Shown: in pieces, positions 57,686 through 64,000 of the stretch | How the letters are laid out: each line of letters begins with the position of its first letter | How positions within the stretch are numbered: the first letter of the stretch is position 1 | Assembly: GCA_010093605.1 (NCBI GenBank) | Contig: MU004184.1 | Span: 1,064,801 to 1,128,800, forward strand | Source of the DNA: Lophium mytilinum | Taxonomy: Eukaryota | Direction: 5' to 3' | DNA length: 64,000 nucleotides | Notes under the pieces: generated by a model | What the model saw: only the letters and a program-made list of their open reading frames with translations | Database searches by the model: none | What the model was told of the DNA's origin: nothing | Program-made: the position numbers and the translations under genes

Positions 57686-59742
57686 CTAGATCAACAAGAA
57701 GTCCCAGTTCTTCTGCCGCATCGCATCCCGCCAGTGGATGCTCTGCCTTTCGCCTCGAGCGAAGGCGTCGTCGTTGATGCGCCACACGTCCTTGAGGAGC
57801 TCCTTAACTCGTCCAAAAGATCCGAAGTCGGATGCCTCGCCGAGGCGTTGTGTGCGTTCTGCGAACATGGTGCGGAAGGTGGACCCGCCGCAGGAAACGG
57901 ACCCAGCGATCAGGAGAGGCCAGACGAGGGAGCGGTCGAAACCGTCTGGGCCCGCAGGGATGAAGTCCATGGCGTCGGTGAGTGCGTGAACAAGGTTGGC
58001 GATGCTGGGTTGCGAGCGGTCGAAATCCGGGACCAAGCTGCACAGGTAGATACGAGCCGCGAGGCGGAAGACGGCAGTCATGTTGCGGCTCAGCTGCTTC
58101 GGGCGGATTGCGCCAGTCGAGGAGTAGGCGTTTCCAACTGCTTGTGGGCCGGGCTCCGTCATGCTGATCTGGTCGCCAATCATCTTGATGTGAGCGCAGA
58201 GTTGAACCTCCTCCATCTTGTCCATCTTCAGAGCCTCCAGACATGCGATCTCCGAGATCAAGTACATGATGTGGTCGTCGCAGCCCATGAGTTCGTTAAG
58301 ACCAGACGGGGCCTGAGCGATAAGCTTCTCACGGTAGGTATCAGAGAAAGCAGGAGCGCGTCCGATCATTGTAGCACCGAGAATGTCAATCCAAGCCGCA
58401 AGCGTCATGTTGAACGGAGGTTGCGCATGCGCATTCTCGTTCATGTTGATAAGCGTCTGCGGGAGCTCGAGCTTGTGAACAAGGCTCGTGGCGGCTTGGA
58501 AATGCTGGTGCCAGGGAATGTCGGGAAGGGCATCGTCAGGGCGGCCAACTGAGCACTGGAAGAAGATCATGCCGAGGGTAGCCTCGAGGATCTGCTGGTG
58601 GTCAGTGTCGCGATTGAGTGCCTCGCACAGTTCCGAGATGGTCGCGTAGCGGTGGCGCATGATGTCGTTGTCGATCTGCTCGCCCTGAATGCGTTCCGTA
58701 GCCTTGAGATGAATCGCAGCGATGCTCATACAGCAGTGCAGATACGTCTTGTTGGATTCGAGCGCTGGGAGGATGACATCAGATCGAGCGGAACCGTGCT
58801 GGTTAACTTCGAGGATCGGGAAGATGAGGCGCAGAACATTGTCGATGAAATGGTTCAGGAGGTGCTTGTCGCAGTCTTCGACCTGGATCATGGCCTGGTG
58901 GGACGGGCTGAAAGAACCGGCGTGGGGGAAGTCGAAGAAATTGAAGTCCAATGGCTCCTCGGCAAATGACTCGCGACGGCTCTCATAGTAATCCTGCTGG
59001 ACCCAGTTCTCGATGGGGAATTGATTGCCGGAAACTGGCGGTGCCTGGAACGTGCTGAAAGTGGAGATGGTCGAGTCGCGGCGCGTGGGAATGTCATTGA
59101 CGAACATCTGGGTTTCGGTCTTGATGTCAACCTCGTATGGCGCGTATTGACCGCATTGAGGGTAGGCAGGCGCGAACATTGGAGGAGGCATCATCGACGA
59201 GCTGAGGAGGTCTGGAGTGCCGACGTGGTTGAAGTTGTAATCAAGAGACAATTGCGAATCGACCGATGGGGCGCGCGTGCAGCCAATGCCATCCGAGTAG
59301 GTGTCTGACGTTGGTAGGGAATGGCATAAACTCGGAGGAGTGTTTGCGCTCATTGGCACGCCTTGGGAGGTCTTCTCGTTGAGCTTGGTGCGCTTGATGA
59401 TGTTCTTGATCACTTCCTTTTGCTGACGGCGCTGCTCATTGTTGCTCCACCACATGGGTCGCTTGTACTCGCACTTCAAACCGAGATGCTTGCAGGCTTT
59501 GCATGAAGACTTGCCCTCATCACACTTCTTCCTTCGCAGACGGCAGGTGAAGCAGCCTGTGCGGGTGTTAGCAGAGACGTCCAAGCGCGGGAACCCTGCA
59601 GGTGCAGCGGGAGCGGGAAACACTGACCTGAGCGCGATCGCTTGTGCATCTTCGCAGCTTGAGCTTTGGTTAGGGTTTGGGTGTTGGTGCCGACCATGGT
59701 CGCAGACTGTTTTCCAGCGGAGGCAAGATGTGAGGAGGACAT
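57686..59742 (-). CDS. pro1: Zn(II)2Cys6 developmental transcription factor, Pro1/NosA/ADV-1 family
   Basis: [42 protein letters not shown] (intron 59627-59557), a fungal-specific TF domain, and C-terminal WRDAMRQKNWDFLLI. Start at 59742 or 59697. Confidence 0.9.
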
Positions 59743-62700
59743 GGAGATGGTCGGGTCGGGGGAGTGGGGATATAAAGGCAGTAAACAATGCGGTACGGGG
59801 AAAACGACTAATAACGCGCAGCGCGGGAGGGAGCGAAAGGACAGGATGTGAGGCGCGACCGGGTTGCTCTTAATTAAAGATAGAAAGCTCAAAGTCGACC
59901 AGCGAGTTTGAGGAGAAGGAAAGGTAGCAAATTACTTGGTCTGCCGTGGCGTGGAGTCGACGAGTGGTGGAGGGATAGTACCTTATATGGGCCGAAACGA
60001 GCAGATAGATCGCAAAATGCCATCATCTATTCTGTTCTATTTTTGGGGACGGCCAGGCGGTCCTCTCGACTCGTCCTGCAGGCCAGCACTGGAGGTGGAG
60101 AGTGACCAGTTTGTAGGTACCGTATATGGGTGCTGATTGGGTGAAGGCTCCCACGCCAGTCCCAGGTAGTCACAAGCCAGTCAATTTGGTGTCTTTTCCT
60201 GCCGGGAGGAGCTATTTTTGCCTGCGAGCCGCCAGCACGACCACTTGGTGGACGGTGCGCAAGAGGGGTACATGAGCGACATGGGGGAGAATCGATCGGC
60301 TGGCACCCCCCTGGCACTCTCGCTGATCCAATTGCAGAGGCTAATGCTCCCGAAGTAGCTCTTAGCATCTGAGCGCCGATAACGCGAAGGGCCCTGTGAA
60401 AACCTCGCCGCACGGTGCGCGAACAGCCTCCCCCCACCGCGCAACATCAGCAGAGCATGCAGAGCTCCCGTCCGAAAGCGGGCGGCGTCCGGGGAGCACC
60501 TGCAGCGGCTGCGATAACTGGCCGGACCGGCCGTTGCTCGAGATTGTGTGCGGCGATCATCGATGCTGGAGTATTGCCAAGTCCATATGAAGATATCCAC
60601 CCACGTCGTTGACAGGTCATGGAAAGGGTCGCACGTCAGGCTTTTGGAAGTGTATTGGAGCACCCCAGGCCGTGGCAGACAGGCGTACACACAAGACGAC
60701 TCAACCCTATCATGAGCTATGTGAGCTTGACTTGAGCCGGCCCTGACGGTTTTCGAGACCGACGCCAGCGAAAGAGGAAGATAGCTATCGCGGGTTCGGT
60801 GTGCCACCTTTTTCACGCCTAGCGTGGCTGGTCCATTTCTCCATACCACAATCCCTCACCACCGTGCCTCCGTTGCGCATGAACGACGCGGTGCCTGTCC
60901 GGCCATGTCGCCGCCCGAGATGTGTCGCCAGGGCCCCTTCTCTTGCTTGTCCCTCGCATGCTCAACGCTCACTTGGTGCTCCCGTGCTCGGCGAAAGGTC
61001 CGACGAGGCAATTCTAGGGTCGCGATTCTGGGCCCGGAGATGTGGTGTCATCTCCACCATCCAGCGCAAAGTCTGCTCGTCCGAAAAGGCAGGTCCTTGG
61101 CGATGAGAATGCGAGCTCGTGACACCGCGGACGAGGCGATGGAAAGGGACAATGCGGGAGCCTTTCGCCTTCGACGCGAGGAGGCTGGCTTCACGCGGGA
61201 GGTAGATGTGAGTGGCTGGCAGCGGTGACAGAAGAGGTGAGGTGCATTGACAAGCTTTAGTCCCCGTCTACCCTGGCCACGCTACTCTAGCATGTCTCTA
61301 CAATACAGTAGCGCTGGTGTCCATGCAGTCCGGGGCGTTCCGCGTGAGGCCAATGATAGGGCTTATCGTGCTTGTGGGGATGCTGGGATCGGTCCTTGGG
61401 CCTTCCTCTTGGATGGCCTGCTTGCGTGCTTCTATTAAAAGCTAATTAACCTGCTTTCTTCGACGCCTGTGACGGGCTGGACGGTGCCATCACCGGCCTC
61501 GTTAGCCCGACCACTCACCTTGGCAAGCCAAATGCCCATAATTAGGTACGACTAGGAAGCGTACTCCTTCGAGAAATGCTCGTCTCTTCTGCCGTCCCAT
61601 TGGGTACCAGTGGAATATCCAATAATTCACCATCGCCCGCCTCTGCGAATGGAGGCCTCAAGTACTGACGACCGGCCCACCTGACTCGAGATCACCTGAG
61701 CTGGATGACTGCTGCCCGACTCTCGAGTCTCCGCTACAAGCCGGCTCAGCGACTCGTGTCGGCATTTTTCTTATCATGGAAACCCGCACGCTTTCCCAAC
61801 GTCTGGTCCAGCCGTGTGAGGGGAGAATCTAGCAGCACCTCCTCACGATAATGTCTCGTATCGAGCGGGCTAGTTTGACTCGCATGCCCGAGTGTGGGCA
61901 CGAGTACAGCGGATTGAGGCCGTTCCAACCGACGCAGCAAGCCGTCGCAATCCTCCACAGCACGCGATGCATCTGGATTCGACATGCAGCTTTTGGGCCC
62001 GAATTGAGACCACACCGCCGGCGTGGCTTTCACGGATAGCTCACCACTCGCATGCTTGTGTACCCTTTCTTCCCCTGTCACAGGTGCTTCAGCACGCTTT
62101 CGGACATTGTAGCAAGATGCAACTCCATCAATTTGAACAGCCGGCAGAGTCGTTGAGCCAGCTCATACGCTCGCGCATTCATTCGACGCAGGCGGGGTCG
62201 TAATTGCGCCCTCGTTCCACAGTATGGCTCCCGAAGAGCCGAGATGCAACGTTTTTGACAGGCGAGGCAATCCTTCAACCGGTTCTCGTGCGCAGGTGGC
62301 GGATTCCAGGCATCGCGACCTGTTGATTCGTGCTGTTTGGAAATGCCTCGTCATCTTCGCCGTCGAAGCTGCGCACGAGGAGCGAAAAAGATCAACGCCC
62401 GCATTGGCCGTCAGTCATGTGAGGCCAGTGTGGATGCCTCTGGGCGAAGTGGTTGGCTCTGCGATAGATGAAGTGGTATCCGAGCTGGAGCACAGCATGG
62501 TCCGGAAGGTCGTGGAGGTGCTTCGTCGAATGGCGGTCTGGGAGCCGTCTTTGACCGTTGCAGCAGGCTCTGCAACGCGCAGCCGAAGCGGCGGGCATCG
62601 CAGGCTGATGGAGATGTGATTCGCAACGTAGCACGAGCGGTGGTGGTGTTGCACAATAGGATGGAGTCTCTAGCGGCGGTCGCTTTCTGGAGGCCTTGCA

Positions 62701-64000
62701 GCCATGGTGACGACCGATATCTTATCAATTGAGCATCAAGCATGGCAGGCACAACGCGGTGTTGGCCCTTTCCTGTGTAGTGGCTTACTCAGCAGATGCC
62801 GTATCTCTTTCCATCTCACGGCTAGCCAGCTTCCTCGCCCCAACACCAATACAATACATTTTTTCTTCCTGCATACCGAGCTCTCACAACGCACGGCGCG
62901 GGCTGGGGTGCAGCTGCGAACGCGGGAGCACAGCGGGCTCGACGACGGCTCCATCATGGCATTTGCACCGGAACGACTGTTCCAATACTGTTCGCTGCAT
63001 GGAGGCGTGTGCTTCACGCATCTGGGCACTGTGATAGTGCAGACGGATCTCACGCTTGTGCCGGCGCCGTCGTCTGTCAAACCAGGATTGCGCTCACATC
63101 TCGAATCTCGCCCGATCCTGCACTCGATTCGACGTCGGGTAGGGGTCCATCTGACCCCCGCTTAGGCCGAGTAAGAGCAGGGAAAACCTGGCCGCGAGCA
63201 CAGCGCGATCTTCTGACCGCTCCTCCCGAGCCGGAGCCAGGCCGGGATACTGGACGGGGCATTCATGCGCAGAAGCAAAGCGAGGCGGGCCAATTCGCCC
63301 GGGCAGGATTGATGAAGAGCGGTGCCGGCCACCTCGGGCCACGACGCTGCCAGCACAGGCGTGCATTTCTCACGGTGCACGATGGGTTCCAGCGCACTGT
63401 GCGTCGGTGGTGCAGCCGTCAGGACGGGGAAATGGTCGTGGCATCGCCAGGGCTTGCGATACGGATATGCCATGCGGGAAGTGCCACGGCCGATGGGCAG
63501 CGTGGAGCGTGGCCGGCCCGCCGAAGCGACCACAGCTCCCCTGTATTAACGGCCATTGCGTCCGATTTAGATTCTTTTAATGTGCTATTAATGGAGTACG
63601 GCAAGAAACACTTTGCGAATCAGCGGGCGGCACTCGCGCCGCCCTACAACCTCCGGCCCTGTCTAACCGCCAGAACAGGGTGCGGGCGGGAAAGCCCCGG
63701 CGCTGGATTGGTGGAGAGTGCTGCAGAGCGCCCAGCCCGTGGTCGAGGACTGGCTCAACGGCCCCAGCGATGTGCCCAGTAGCGACTTCATGCAGCTAAA
63801 CTCGAGTGTGCGCTCTCTCGCTGCCCAAGCATCCCCCAGGATAGCCCCCTAGGATAGCCCAGGGCTGCGCCGCTGCGTCAGCTCTACAAGAGCATCCCTC
63901 GCGCCCTCGCCCAGCGAGTTCAGTTTTTTCGCTATTTTGCTGTCTGAGCGTGCATGCATACCATGATAGAGCGGTACACTGGCAACGGTCTTTGAAATCC

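Noticed and set aside
62224..63782. 131-257-aa ORFs near the window end
   Set aside because: Mostly non-ATG starts, R/A/G-rich composition and no recognisable domains.

Overview
Eukaryotic DNA from a filamentous ascomycete, probably a Dothideomycete (inferred from short GT-AG introns with CTRAY branch points and Pezizomycotina-type genes). Conserved genes: YTM1, TRM112, a ~2,100-aa zinc-knuckle/WRN-type 3'-5' exonuclease, LSM5 (missed by the ORF track), a SAM-HMG-box protein, a DUF3074-like protein, a DBF2/Sid2 kinase, an O-methyltransferase, an MFS transporter, a CCCH zinc-finger protein, COQ10, PRP39 and a Pro1/NosA-type Zn2Cys6 regulator. Two accessory tracts (about 0.2-7.5 kb and 29.7-44.7 kb) hold orphan, secreted and frameshifted genes. 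Unannotated structure read from the sequence: (1) a ~230-bp TA-flanked Tc1/mariner-type MITE in a 3-copy tandem array at 50.6-51.4 kb plus an inverted dispersed copy at 19.75 kb; (2) a ~310-bp imperfect fold-back downstream of LSM5; (3) a 3x ~107-bp tandem repeat with a hairpin at each junction; (4) four co-oriented orphan coiled-coil genes sharing an ATGA(C/G)TG motif exactly 17 nt upstream of the TATA box; (5) two very long PRP39 introns with a candidate poison micro-exon, and a CAG/TAG tandem acceptor. No tRNA, rRNA, CRISPR array or transposase ORF was seen. All calls are by eye; no database searches were run.
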